A DNA stretch of 64,000 nt from Raillietiella orientalis (Eukaryota), in NCBI GenBank assembly GCA_036172245.1, contig JAYWIR010000011.1:1736001-1800000 (forward strand), written 5' to 3'. The notes below the pieces were generated by a model, which was not told the origin of the DNA, searched no databases, and was given only the letters and a program-made list of their open reading frames with translations. Below are positions 10,581 through 23,973 of this stretch, in pieces; the first letter of the stretch is position 1, and each line of letters begins with the position of its first letter. The translations under genes and the position numbers were made by a program.

Positions 10581-13500
10581 AGGTGGCCCCAGATGGCGTG
10601 GAACAGTGGGAGCTCCGTGGGCCTCCAGGCGAACGCTTCCTGAGGACCAACGTGCCCTCTCAAGCTGTCGCCGCCGTCTCTCCGGCGGAGAAAGGCAGAG
10701 ACGCTTCGCGGTGCTCGTGCTGTCCTCCCTTTCTCGCGCTTCTTCCGTGCCGCCGTTCCCGACTTCCTCTCGCATGGGCGCGCGCAACGTGTGGAGTTAC
10801 AACTGGACTTTAGCCCTGGAGCCTGCCTGGTCTTAGACGGACGCAACCTGCATCCTGCGTTAGGCATCAGGTGGCATGGGTCAGAATAGGTGTGAAGGGA
10901 GGTGCTTCAGCTTGATGACTTCTTTGAACTCAGCGAGTCCGGGGACTTTGTAGATTCCAACTAGTTCCTGCATCCAGAGAAGCCGCTTTGCCATGGGCAT
11001 TTTTCATAAATTGTGCATGATTTCCGGCAGGCAGAAGATCCCCAGCTGGGGATGGTAACCCTGATTCGCTTTCTCTACTCTCCACATCCTTCCTGCTTTT
11101 CTTCTTCTCCTTCTGATTTGCTAAGTACTCAAGAATCGTTGCTTCACCCCCTGTGGGCGTCGGAGCGGCTCGGCAACACCGTCTCATGGAGTGCGCTCCC
11201 ACTTTCACGCTCCCAAGGTGCGCGCGAAGCGGATAAGGAGGATCTCGATAGCACCACTCCCGATCCCTCCGAGTGATGAGGAAGGGAAAGGGGGGCAGCC
11301 GACCGTAGACGCAAGCGTTCCCTACCAATGCACACCCGAATGCTGGAGCCACCCCGACGCCAGCACGCGGAGACTCGCAAGCCGCAATGCACCCAGCTCG
11401 GTGTTGATCCTTCAAAGGGGTACCGGTGGACCTACGACGCTCCGTGCCGCGCGCGGGCGCCAGCGCAGGTGAATCAGAATGGGACGAGTTCGGCATGCTG
11501 AGCAATGGACCAAGCGTCTTTGCTCACTGCTCGCGAACGATGATGCTGATCGCGGCGTCGGCGCCAGGATTAGGCCGTCTCTAAGAGGGAAAGACATGCC
11601 TTTTTCTTCCTTCGATTCTCTCGTGGTTGAAAACTCAACCCAGATGAAGGATATCCTCTTTTGTGATTTAAAATTTCTCCATCTCCTGTATCAAAAGAGC
11701 ACCTCATTGCTTTGCGAATGCCAAACATTTGCTGCTCATTTGCTTACGAGTGCCCACGCCTCTTGGTCCAGCGATGCATGCATGGCAGGCATTCGTGCCA
11801 TCCACTTGCCTGTAAGACCAGTCTTCGAGTAGACGTTTTCGATTCTCTCGATATTTCCCGTCAGCAAGTTCATTTCAAAGCTCGTAGGATTTATTGACAG
11901 AGATGAGAAATCTCTGGACCGAAGTCTTCCTGATCGAAATCAAAATATCTGCATTTTTCTGGAGCCCATTTTTCATGGATTTGAGAAAGCAGAGGCTTCC
12001 AGAAAGGGACTGCCAGAGCTGCCAAACTTGTTTCCCCGTTCGGATTTCTTTCCTGACGAAGAGAATTTGCCTGGAAGCAAGCAATGGGGACCGACATGGA
12101 TTGCTTGAGACCAGCACATCTCTGCGTTCGGGACAAAAGAAGATGCGATTCCTGCGATGAAGCCAGGCAGCCAAAAGAAGTGGCTGCTGATGCTGTACTC
12201 CAGAATGCAAAATCCTGATGCACCTTTCAGGAGACAACCCACACGACAAAATTGATAGCAAAGAGTGAGAGAAGGAGAAGGTAAAGGGCAAGGGACCTTA
12301 CAGGAAAGCCTTGCATGTGTTCGCCACACGGGTCACTCTTGCAGAATTGGCAATGCAAGTTCAAGGAATCGAGAAATGGCTGGAGGGAAATGAAAAGGGG
12401 AAATCAGACCCCCATCTGCTGAAAGAAGCTCTGCGGAGAAAGGTGGTCTTCCTCATTGTGTAGCATCTGCATCTGATGTGCTTCTCTGGCCGCGACCTCG
12501 CTTTCCAGAAGTTCCTGGAAATTTCCATCTTCCTTGCTCTTTCCTGTCTCCTTCTCTCCGGGGTCTCTCCCTGCAGTCTGCAGCATTCTGCCGTAGTCAT
12601 CATTGCTTGCATCAGCTATTTTGCTGTGTCGTCAGTGCTTCGCTTTTTTTTTTTTAAAAGATAAAGGTTCTTCGACTCCGAATCTCCTTGTACTGCATCG
12701 TCGGGCGCATTACTTTACAGTCAAAGAACAAAAAGCGGGGAAGTCGTCCGTGGGTGTTCCGACTGCTGCCAAAGAAGTCCACGCTGAAATTCTTTCTGTG
12801 GAAGTGGAAATTTAAAGCTGCTTTGGCTTTCGCCGCCGCAATTCCTATTTGGGGACGCATTGTGACCAACAGGGCAAAAACCCAGAGGTTCATTTCGAGG
12901 ATACTGAAGCACTCCAGAATGGTGTACTTCCTGCACTACGACAGCTGCCTGCAGGCAGGAGATTCTCCGTCCAGGGAACTCTTCGGGGTGATCGGTCCTC
13001 TTAACCGCATTTGCCTGCAGAGCACGCGAGCGCCTTCCACAGCGCGCCACCTCGTGCACGGTATTTTCAGGGATGAATGTTGCTGAGAATGCTGTTTGTA
13101 CACAATGGAGGGAAAATCGGCGCGGTTTCGCAAAACGTGGTACAGTTTGAAGGTTCAAGGACGGATCTGGATATGACATTTGGTTCGACGGAGATCGTTT
13201 CCGTCTCGGTGGAAACGATCGAGTACAAGCAGCATCCACACAAAAGCACCCGCCCACTCTGCACATCACTCACAGCGGAAGTGATGATTTCCGTCTCATT
13301 GGAAGAAGGGAGGCATTCCTTCAGCACTTGACAAACCAGCCCCATTCCCTCTTTGGTCCGGGCATCCCACCGAACTCGAACCACCGCAGAGCCAGCACAG
13401 AGGAGTGCACCTGGCACACCGAAGATTTTCCAACACTCTCATTAATGACTAATGACTGTACTGATGGTCTGTTTCACCTATTTCAACTTCCCAACCAGGG

Positions 13501-14619
13501 ATCTTCCGTGGAAATGTGGAACGCATCCCGTAAGGCATTTCTTGCTAACAGCTGGATGGGTCAACGTTTCACGCAACCGTAAATTTTAACATGAATCACA
13601 CGAACGGCGAGTCATTCGCGGGGCGAGTAATGCCGCTGCTTATGACTGGAATCAATGCGGATATGACGTACTACTCGCTAATTTGGAAGAAACAGGCATG
13701 ATGGATGGTTCCAAGGAGTGCATCTGAAACCATCGCAGTTATCCGTTTCTTTTTTAATGTTCCCATTTGTTGGTTCGGTCCTTTTGTACATGTCTCCCTC
13801 CATACGAGAGCACGATTTACAGGGACGGAACCCATGAAAACCTTTTGTACAACACGACGGGCTCCTCTCAAATGGCTTCTGTCGTCTTGAACCGTCTTCC
13901 CCCTGAACCGCACTTCAATTTTTCATTTTTTTTTTCTTTCGGGATAATGATATGAGTTCCTTTCTTCTGGAATAGGATGCGTGGCAGGATCTCGCTTTCT
14001 CCATGAAGGTGAGGACTTACGGTCACTTCCTGCAGACTGTGGTGAGTTCCAGCGAATTCGGCTCCTCACTTTTGCTTCTCCAGAGATTTCGACCGTGTTA
14101 ATCCGCTCCCAATGCATGCTGCTCTCTGCTCTGTGGAGGAGTACATGTTCGCTTTATGTGTACAGCACACATAGGCATAGGAACCTATCCAGGCACGAGT
14201 ATTCATATGAGCACATTTATAAGTACTCGTACCTGCCTGCCTGTATATGCACGTGTGTACTTGCGCATGTATCCGAGCTGCTTGTGAACCGAAACACACC
14301 GAATTGCTGGTTTTCTGTAAGTAGAACCTCCGTATAATCACATGGTTGCTCGTCTTTCCGATGTTTTCTTAAGATGGAGTTGAGTACAAAGTCGCGAAAG
14401 ACCCAGAAGGAAATAAATACCATGGCAGCGAACCTCAACACGAGGTTTTCTGCCATCAGGGAGATGCCTCTCGGAGTGCCGAGACTTGATTCTACTCAAA
14501 CCTTGGTATAGCGGCTCAGAAGGCTGACATATACAGATCAAGACAGACTCAGAGACATGAGGACCTCTCCACCATGTTCTTCGTCCATCTTCTCTTCTTC
14601 AACCTTCCCTGAGTTCTTC

Positions 14620-14863
14620 CAGCGTCACGAGCACCGACCCAAATCCCGAGAGGTCATCAGAGTAAACGCGAGTGCTCATTCTACGTACATCAATATATAC
14701 AAATCGATTTGAATATACATACGTGAATATACGTCTGAATATACAATGCTCATTATGTGCATCAATTAGTATAGACAATATATACATGTACATAAATATA
14801 TGAATGTAAACATGTATATATTGTCTATACTAATATATGAGCATTGTATATTCAGACGTATAT

Positions 14864-14943
<80 letters not shown>

Positions 14944-15335
14944 TTGATAAGCTTATGTATTCATTTTTTATAACCTTTTGTACATATATAAATATATATT
15001 ATCAATACAGATTGATGTACATCAACATGTGATGGCCACACTCAAACGTGGAGGACTCATTGAAAGGACCGCAGTGGATGCTGCACATCAATGCGTTCGC
15101 CACAATCTTTCGCGTACACATCAATAATACAAGCAACCATTTATTCATCCTGTTGGTGAGATGCATGTCACCGAATGCCAACGGATATATCCGTTTCGGT
15201 CATGCTGCTGCTCATAAGACGTGCGTTCCACACAACGAACAACCGTGCACGTGCAAATCCATCTGCACGTCAATCCGTGCAGAATGAGCACACGTGTGTT
15301 TCTTCCTCACGGTCATTCGGTACTTCGAGTCAGAC
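14620..15335. mobile_element. Second copy of the AT-core MITE family, containing (TA)n
   Basis: Left end aaatcccgagaggtcat... and right end gcagaatgagcacacgtgtgtttcttcc are homologous to the ends at 5830 and 6220-6270. Confidence 0.6.
14866..14940. repeat. (TA)n microsatellite
   Basis: Perfect dinucleotide run. Confidence 0.98.
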
Positions 15336-16711
15336 CACATCCGGCGGACAGCCGAGAGGCACCGTGCGACCTCCGGCACACAGTCTCCCCTTCCCGCGCA
15401 TCCTCCGCTCCCTCGGCACTCCAGCGCTTCCGGCATCCGAGGAGCCCCGGAGTGCGGCAACGACCGCCCTCGAGGCGGAGGGCTCACCTTCAGCGGCCCG
15501 TCCTCCGCCTGCTCCTCCTTGCCTGCCTTCCCTAAGCACTCAAGAACAGTTCGCCTAGGGGCTCGCGAAGCTCTTTGGAGCTGTCCACGCCACCCGAGGT
15601 TGGGTGACCCCGGGAGGGGACCGCCCTGTGAATCCAGGAAGGCTCCGGAAGCACGAGTCCTCTCCTCTTACGCTTGGGAAGGAACCCCGAGGGAAACTCT
15701 TCCTTGTTCTCTCCGGAGGGACCCCCGGAGGGACCCCCTGGAGGGGACCGCTCCTTTTTTTCTTCTCCGGAGGGAACCCGCAAGCGAATCGCTCCTTATT
15801 TCCTCCTCTGAACTGAACCCCGAAGGGACGCTTCCCAATTTTCTTGGAAGGACGCTCCCCGAAGGCAGCAACGCGCTTCTTCACACTCTGGAGAGGTGCC
15901 AAACCACCAGCTCCATGGTGCTCCATCGAGGGTTTCCCCCCGAGGCGGGGAACGACCCATCTTCACAACCTAATGGGAACCTGATCCCTGGAAGGACCCC
16001 GCAGGGTCGACTTCCAATCCTGAACAGTCAACGGGGGCATCCGGTTTCCGACTGCTTCCGCCAGTGTCGCACCCGGAACCCGCGGGCCAACCAGTTCCAT
16101 TTTGCCCACGACGCACCCTTTCCCCGGCTGGGATTCGAAGCCGCGACGCTCGCCGCCATGCGCGGAGACCACGCGGCCGCCAACACCTGCCTCCTTTCGC
16201 CTTGCCTCTTCAAGATCCACCTCCGATCATTCACGGGGACGGGCGAAGCCCGGCCGGCCGGTGGGAGCGCCTTTCCTTCGCCCTCGCACAGCAGGCCCGG
16301 CTTCGGCCTTCTCTTCGCCCCCGGGATAGTTGGAACGAAAGACGCCCGCCCTTCCACGCTTGGAGGCGGCACTCTCGGTCTGGGCCACTAGCCCGACACG
16401 CTCCTCCGTGCGTCACCTTCTGGCTGCTGGCGCACCTGTCGAGCATGAGGTGACCCGGAGATCCTGCCGCCTCTCCCGCGCGGGCGATCAATGCCGCCCA
16501 GGAGGGCAACGTCCCTGCAGGTGGAGAGTGCGGGCGGGCAAATCCGCAATCTGCAGAAAGAAGGTGCTCTCAGTGGACTAGGAGATGACCCGGCGGCTCA
16601 AGGGTAGGCGCCAACTACGCGCGTGGTCTCCTCTTGATCCGGGCGTTTTCCCACGCTGCCTCGCGCCGTATCGCTCTCTTCGGCTCCTCGTGGTTTTCTT
16701 ACTCAAGTGGG
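14991..16711 (+). repeat. 1.72-kb direct duplication, copy A (pairs with 61810-63530)
   Basis: Constant offset of 46819, identical ORF track, one substitution seen near 16675. Confidence 0.97.
15590..16195 (-). mobile_element. tRNA-derived SINE-like repeat copy (also present at 62410-63014 inside the duplication)
   Basis: Minus-strand head ...gtggtctccgcgc...gcgtcgcggcttcgaatccc (B-box-like) plus the shared ~500-bp body. Confidence 0.75.
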
Positions 16712-19700
16712 GCGTCCCGAGTAGAGTCTCCCCAAATGCACACATTTGGACTCCCCTCTCTGAAACGTCCACTTCACGTTCCCCCGTCCGGAAGCTTGCA
16801 CTGTGGGACCCAGAAATTTCAAACAGCTTGAAACGACCGTCAAGAGCGAACTTGTCGACCTTATCGGGCGGACCGAGACGTGCCGCTGACTTTTCTGCGC
16901 AAAAATACTCGCTGGCGGCTGTGGTGGCTTCTTAATGAGCTGTCTTCTGCTAAAATTGACAAATGTTCCCTCCGCTTTGCTGGATATTCACAGCCGTTGG
17001 TAGTGCGCTGGAGTAGGGAAGAAGAACCTGGTGGCGTCGAACCGTTGCCATAGGGACAGCCGCCAATACTTTATGGCCACTGCTTTGGCGAAAATCTGCA
17101 GTCCGGTGGGCGCCGGTGGAAATGGGCCAAACGGGCTGTCTCGGTTGTCGCACACTTCGCCGAAGTCCAGTGCGGAGTGCCCTTTCGCCGATCTTGAAAA
17201 GCGCTCTTGTGATCATCGCAGATGGGACGAGCTATTGCTAAGGGGAGCAGATAGTATTCTGGGCTGCGGGAGAGCCAAGATGTAACACATGCTAGATGCA
17301 AGATCAATTCAGGCGGAAATCCTGTTCAGAGATGGAATGAGATTTCGGAGCTGCAGAGAGTCTTTGGAAGGAAACGCGGAAAGAAAGCTCGAAGAGGAGC
17401 AAAAAAGCAACGTTTTCGACGAGAAGCGTAAGAAACGACCTCAGCATAGCCATAGTGCGAAGCTTCGGCTTTTGCAGCAGCGAAAGAAACTGAGCCAACA
17501 GGTAGAGGTCGCTGGCTGGGTGCTCTTCTCAATCGCTTACTTCTTGAGCTGGAGTGGGGATTCTATCTGGATAGCAGGTTCAAAGGGTCGGGAACGAATG
17601 CGAGTTCTCGAACGATCACTTGGTTTCAGCTCCGGGATCGATTTTATCGCGGTCCCGAGCCGGAGGATGTGGAATAGGGCGTGTCTTCTCTCCTGTTCTT
17701 TCCAGAAAATTCCAGCGTTCGCACCTTCTACCGCCCTCGGTCGAACCATCGCGTGTCGGCGTTCCCCTTTTTCGCGATCGCGCTGGGTCTCTGCTACCGA
17801 CCTTGGCGACGTTCCTCAAGCCGCTGGATCCCGGAAACGGTCTAAAATCATCTTTTGAGAGGATGGCTGCCAAGTGCCGTGGGAAAATTCCGCAGCAAAA
17901 GTTTCCGCCATGCTCGCTGCGGCTTCCAGCGGTTCTTCGACTCGCGTGCTGAACTCGAAAATTCCGGGAATTTCCTCCTCCGAAGCCGTAAATTCCTTCG
18001 GGAAGGAAGCAGCGAGGCATTTGTTTTTGCTTTTTCCTTTTTTTTTTTTTTTTTTTTTCGCTTGTGTGTGCTTTGCTGCATTTAAACCAATTTTTCAGGA
18101 ATTAAATTTCTAGGAAACTGAACAGCGCACAAAGTTTACGAAGTTCCGGGAAGCCATTCGTTTTCACGCTGTTCCGAGAGCCGTACCTCCATCTCTAGAC
18201 GCTTCATTTTTCGAGAGAAATTCGAAACAAAATCCCCTCGGAAAAAGTTGATGAAGACGAACCTTCGAGCACGCCGTTCTCAGCCATCTGAACGCGATTT
18301 TGTTCCTCACGCTAGAAAAGCAAAACGGAAACGAAGAGTGTGTGTCGGCACGTGAGTAAACAACCCGGAACTTCAACGGTCAGCCCTTTCTGCAAGGGTA
18401 GAGAGGCACCCTTTTCCCATTAAGAGGATTCTTCCCGGGATCAAGCTGAGCATGGGATCCGTCGGGATGCTCCTTTGCTTGCGCTTGACAACAGGCCGCC
18501 ATGGAAACGCGATGTGAACCCGCATATCAGAAAGCGCCGCAGAATCACCTCAAAGCATCCGGCAGCACACGGATCGGAAGAGGAGGATGAACTCGTGGGA
18601 GGAGCCGTCGCGATGCTCCGAAGGCATGCTCGGAAGCTGCGGTGCTTGGAAAGCACAGTAGCTGAAGGCCGCGACCCAAGGCACCAGCTGCGGGCGGAGC
18701 ACCTCCCCCTCGCCCTGCTTTTTGTCTGCAAAGATGACGACGGCGGCCTCACTCGGCCGTTGAGACGCGGACGAATTGTCCCAGGACACGCGCGAGTCGA
18801 CCGAGGCAGACGGACCAAACGAGCGAAGCGTTCAACCAGGGCGCCGACGACGAAGACGAAATAGCAGGTCATGAGAAATGCCCGTCCCGCTGGAACGACG
18901 TCATTTGTGATCAGTGGTACCTGGTAATTGGTTGCAGTGGATGCAGTTTCCGGTCGCAGTGGATGCGTCCGGTACTCGACTGGAGAAAACTGGAGACCAA
19001 GTCCCCGCGCGGCTCATGGCCGTCTGGGCTACAACGCTCATGGTAGCTCGATTGGCTTTGTAGCGGAAGTGACGCTTCGGGACTCCTTCGGGAACGGCCC
19101 CCCGTAGCGATGCTTCCCTTCGCGGCGGATTAGAATTCAGACAAAGACTGCTAAAAGAGACGTCTGCCCTCCTTTGATCACACCTAATTGCGTTTTAATT
19201 GCAGCGTGCCGGTGTGCGAAACCTCCGTGCCAACGTACCCTACCAGGTCACGGACGGGCCCTCTGTAGCGCGCGTGCACATTGCCGGTCGGGCCAGAATT
19301 TTCTGGCCCGACCGGCAATTTCTGGCCCATCAGACCGAGTTTCCGCTGGGTGGTTTCGAATCCTTTTCTTGCCGCCTCGGTCGCGCCGTGGAGGGCTGAT
19401 CTTCGGTCATGCCGGGCGGTTGGCACACACAGCAGGGGAACAGCGTGCCAACGGAACGAGCGCCTCCTGGACCCGTCTGCTTCCAGTGATCAGGATCAGA
19501 GTCGTGCCTTCCCGAGCTCGCTCCCCCCTACAGAAGCCCCGGAAAATGCATTTCGGCAGTCGCTTTATTTATCCCATAAAGTCCACTCCAGAAACCGAAA
19601 GCCCTTCCGGAGACCCTTAGCGCGAGGCTCCTCCGAGCAGCCATGAGATAAATGAAGGGAGGATCGGGTTGAGATCTTGCTGCGTCGAATTTTTTACAGG

Positions 19701-22700
19701 GTACCTCCGCCCGCTATCTTCTGCGATCCTTCAGGTGCCCGTATGATCTTCCAGGTAGCTGCGTGGGCGTTCGGGAACCTTTTTGAAGCACTCTCCCCCT
19801 TGAGAGAGGAAGAGAGCTTCCGCGGATCCAAGGGGCGTCCGTGCTGCTTTCCAAAGCCTTTTGACCCACTTTTTCTTCCTCCGTCTCGGTCCCGACGACC
19901 AAATTCTGCGTCACGGAAAACTTCCGTGAGGAATCGCCCTTCCTCAAACGCTCTTGAGGTTCTCGGCTGACTTCTCGACGAGTCACTTAACGGGGACAGG
20001 CTGCTGGAAAGAGGAATCGCATCAACACGTGTTGGGACGCGGGGCACGATACCGATTCCTGGAGAATAATGGTGTCCGCTTCTGGTTGCCGAGTCATACG
20101 GGATTCACGGATTCCCTTTCTGAGGGAAATCACCCGGACTGAATTACCGCTGTTGACTTCAACTGGCAGATCTCAAAGGACGTTCTCCTCCCGCTCTTCC
20201 CTGACAAATGGAAACAGAATCCATCATCACACTAATTCAATTCGCGGAATTTTTATTATACAATTAAATAAAAAAAAAAAAAAACAATTCGTTCTTCTGT
20301 TCCCGCCTTGAATGGTTGGTGTTCCTGAGAGCGTCCCTTTGGAGGGAAGCTTGCCGGATTCCGAAAAGAAATTTCCATCGACCATTTTCCAAACGATGAA
20401 TGCAAATGAGCACTCCCTCCTCCCCTTAGAAAAAAAAAGACAAAGAGTACCTAACGAGTTTCGAGCAATAGCTAACGACCCTTTTATATCTCACAGGCAT
20501 TTTGGCTTTCTCTTAAGCGAATCCATATGCATGGATTTTCGTGTTGTCATACCCTTCCGGGTACCGGGTTCTGTCCTCCCTTCCCTTCATCCCTCCATAT
20601 CCTTCCATGTTTTGCTCCTTGTCGTTGCCCTTAACACGTGTGACATCGTGAAAATCGCACCACCACTGATAAGGAAGAGGGTTTGCTTTCACCCTAATAA
20701 GTGTCAGTCGTTTGGATTTGTGATGCCGCAGTTTCGTGGCGCACGAGATCACAAGGTGTACAAACGCATAAACGAGTACAACTTTAATTTGCCAGTGGAA
20801 CAGACTTGTACCGAAAAGGGTACTGACGTGGAAGAATGATTTAGCCAACCTTCTCGAGGACGGATGGCATAGGCAGACTCATACCGAAAAGGATACTCAG
20901 GTGCCGACATCATCTCTAGAGCTGCCCACTAATGGTCCCCTTTCCCCCCACAAGAAGAGGCCGTTATTAGAGCCCAGAGCGTTTGGCCCCCTACTCCCCA
21001 TGGGCTACAAGTATCAGCACGGAGTTTCAGCTGGAACCTGCAGCGACTCCGCAGCTAAACCAAATTCGAGACCTGTGCCGTGCGGTCAAGTGATCAGAAA
21101 ATCTCCAATAAGCCGCGATCGGTTCCTCCTGTCGCATTTCCAGAAGGCGGAAGCTGTGTTTCCGGAAATGGCAAGCCGGAAGATAAGATGAAGAGGTTCT
21201 TTGGTTGAGGCTGAGGTGGTTCTCCATGCCACAGGAAGGTGCAGATCGCAGCAAAGGATCCCGCTGCAGGAAGGCCACGCAAGCGCTGAATCCCCTTCGG
21301 ATAACAACCTGCGGCCTCGCGTTCCCGGAAGCTCCTTTGGGAACGGCGAAGGGTGTTTCGGCTCCGTTATCGCCATTTTATGTCTTCCGGTGTTTCGGAA
21401 AAGGGAGCCGCGGTGTCATGCACTTGGATGCTGCCTTCCTTCCGATCATTTCGCATCATCGGGGCTCGCGCTGCTCATGCGGCCGATTCAGGTCTTTAAT
21501 TTTTTTAATAACCGGCTCGTCCGGATGATCTTCCCGTGAATTCTGTCCCCATCATAGCTCAGAGCTTCCACTGTTCCCAATCTTGACAGGATGGGCAGCT
21601 TCGGAGTGATTTACTTCGGAGTTTTTTGTCCCTGATGATACAAACTGTGATTTACGTTCGGCGGGATGGAACTTTTTTTTATTTTTAAAGCGAGGTCTTT
21701 CACAACTGGATTCTCCGTGAGGTACGCAGGGTCTGCTCGACTAAACAGATGCATCCATGACTCCCAAGCTGGCTTTCAGAGCTTTTCCTTCCGTGGGAGA
21801 AGCAAGTTCACTGTTCCCCCCATTTCCTCCAAAAAAAAAAACTGGGAAAAGGTTGTGCTCAGTTCATTCTGCTTTGTCCCTGCATCGCCGATCTTGCAAG
21901 ACCGAGTTTCGCCTTGCCTAGAGTCCCTTTACCGTCACACTTCCCAGGGATCTTCACGCATTGCGTCTTCAGCTCATGCGCAGAGTTCGTTTTCATCTTT
22001 CCTTCTTATAGAATCGCTTTCCCTGGAGAGTAAACCCTTCACCTTGGTCAACCTTCCGCATTTCCGTATTGGGAAATATCGTTTCTTGGTCCAGTTCCTT
22101 CTTCAAGAGTTCTCCTCCTCCAGCCGACGCAGCTCATCTGACCTTGCGCTCCATGGTTAGAACTCCAGGGAATGGTCATTAAAAGATCCTCTAGTCCGTT
22201 CCAGAGCCTCCGTGCGTCCGCATGGAGTTGCAGGACGAGAACTCCCTGCGTTTGATTGACCCTTCGCTTACAAGAGCTAAGCTCACAGAGTGGCGTCCGG
22301 ATGATGCGCAGAACTTGCATGGACGCGAGCTCCGGTGACCCCGCAAGAACTTTCTGCAAGGGGCAGTTCCTCCTTCTCCTCCTCCTTTCAACACTTCGTG
22401 ACCACGTTGCTAGTCATCTCTTGTCCAACAAAACAGCTGACCAATCGTAATTCGAGGAGGGCACGAGCGCCACGAAGATGTCCCATAACCTCCTCTACTC
22501 GAAGTCAAAGCGGTTCGGTCGTGGACCTGTGCCATTTGCGACGTCAACGGGGCTCTCTTTTACCATTCCTGACTCCCTTCCTCTCCACCCGTGATGCGAT
22601 AGTCGTGCACAAGAAACGTCCGGGATGCTGCGACCGCCCTCGAACGCGGCGATGCTCGAGGAATTGATCGCCGCGGCGCCTGCTGCTGGCGAGGACTTCC

Positions 22701-22919
22701 TCCAGACGCGCCTCCCTGCAGGTGATATCCCAAGAGCTGAGTTCCTTGCGTGTCTCGTTTGTGCCGCGTGTCAGGACGCACCACCATGCAGTCTCACGAG
22801 GTTGCCGTGAGCGCGCGGAATCCCTGCATGGGCGTTTCTGGAGACCTCCGGTTCCTAGAAGTCCACTGCTGGCGTTCGGGAGGATGACTGTGCTTCTCTA
22901 GTGGAGAACGCTCGATTTT

Positions 22920-23185
22920 CACCATCGGAGGAAAACCCCGAAGGGCTTCTTGATTCCTAGAAGGTCAGCTTCCAGTCCTGGCCAGTCAACGGGGGCATCT
23001 GGCTTCCACCGTTGTCCCACCCGAAGTCCGTGGGTCAAGCAGAGTCATCCTGCTGGGGTAATTCGAACCCAGGATGTAGCCATTTCTCGGCGCCGATCCT
23101 TCCCGCGGTGGGATTCGAACCTGCGACGCTCGGTGCTTTGCGCGGAGAGACTGCATCCACGCTGCCGCCAACGCGGGCCAGTTTA
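22920..23185 (-). mobile_element. tRNA-derived SINE-like repeat, 5' part
   Basis: Minus strand has a perfect B box GGTTCGAATCCC (~23110-23121), a second gggttcgaatt (~23060-23070) and the shared ggatgcccccgttgactg-type body motif. Confidence 0.7.
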
Positions 23186-23746
23186 CTGACGTTTCTTTCT
23201 TGTGCCTTCCCGAGCGCTGCCTCAGATCTACCGAAGCATCGCGCACGATGCAGAGATCTTCTTCCAGAGCGCTAGGTCTGGAAGAAGAAGCTTACCACAT
23301 CCGTAAGAACCAGAGGATCAGGCAGCCTTTCCTTCCCCATGTCTTCGTTTCGCTCGAATGATTTCGGGCTGACGTGTGTGTGTGACGTCGCGGAACGTGG
23401 CCTCGGATCGTGCCGGAGCTTTCCTTTAACCCAGGAATTTCGCGGACGTCGCGCTGCTGCCTCCCACAGATCTCCCCGCATTGACAGCTTGCTGCCTGTG
23501 CTCCATGGCACCCTTTGCCCGTCTCGGATCGGAACGCGACAGATTTGCGCCCTGCGTTTTCGCGCGTCCTCGACGAAAGCAGCCCTCCGAGCCGGAGTGC
23601 CACGAATGTCCGCCCGCGCGCCCTCTTAGGGCTCTGCTTCCAAACTTCCACAGCGAGATGCCTTCCTCCTTCCCTTTCACGTTCGCTGCTCCTGGGTCCT
23701 GCCCTGCCTCGCGCATCTGCCCACTGCGCACACTTGCTCTTTCCAG

Positions 23747-23973
23747 ACTTCGTCGACGCCGCGGGGAGGTGCGAGCTGAGGACACTCGAGGACAACGACG
23801 CGTACATCCGGTGCGAGAAGCTGCTGCCCGTGAATTCTTCGGAGCCGAAGAGGCTGCACTGGGTCGCGGTGGAGGACAAATCCGGGAACTTCCCAGCAGC
23901 CGTGCGGAACGCTTCGTGGCCTTCCGAGCCTATCTTCCACGTGGGGAGCCTATCGCTGACCAGAAGACACAGG
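23747..23973 (+). CDS. Side-like gene exon (FN3-like domain, first part)
   Basis: Acceptor ttgctctttccag|, donor |gtgaac; (D)FVDAAGRCELRTLEDNDAYIRCEKLL...LHWVAVEDKSGNFPAAVRNASWPSEPIFHVGSLSLTRRHR resembles the two-Cys FN3 of Side proteins (C...C...V-x-N...P-x-F-x-V-x-x-L). Its phase-1 start matches the 8319 donor. Confidence 0.72.

Noticed and set aside
15294..16391. 365-aa ORF (duplicated at 62113-63210)
   Set aside because: Runs across a MITE end and an antisense SINE; Pro/Arg/Ser-rich with no domain. A by-product of high GC.
16950..17400. hAT fragment (VVAHF/RRSP, QRWN)
   Set aside because: Motif spacing is inconsistent; too weak to call.
23060..23185. tRNA gene suggested by GGTTCGAATCCC
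   Set aside because: No convincing cloverleaf, and it is attached to a shared repeat body, so it is a SINE head.
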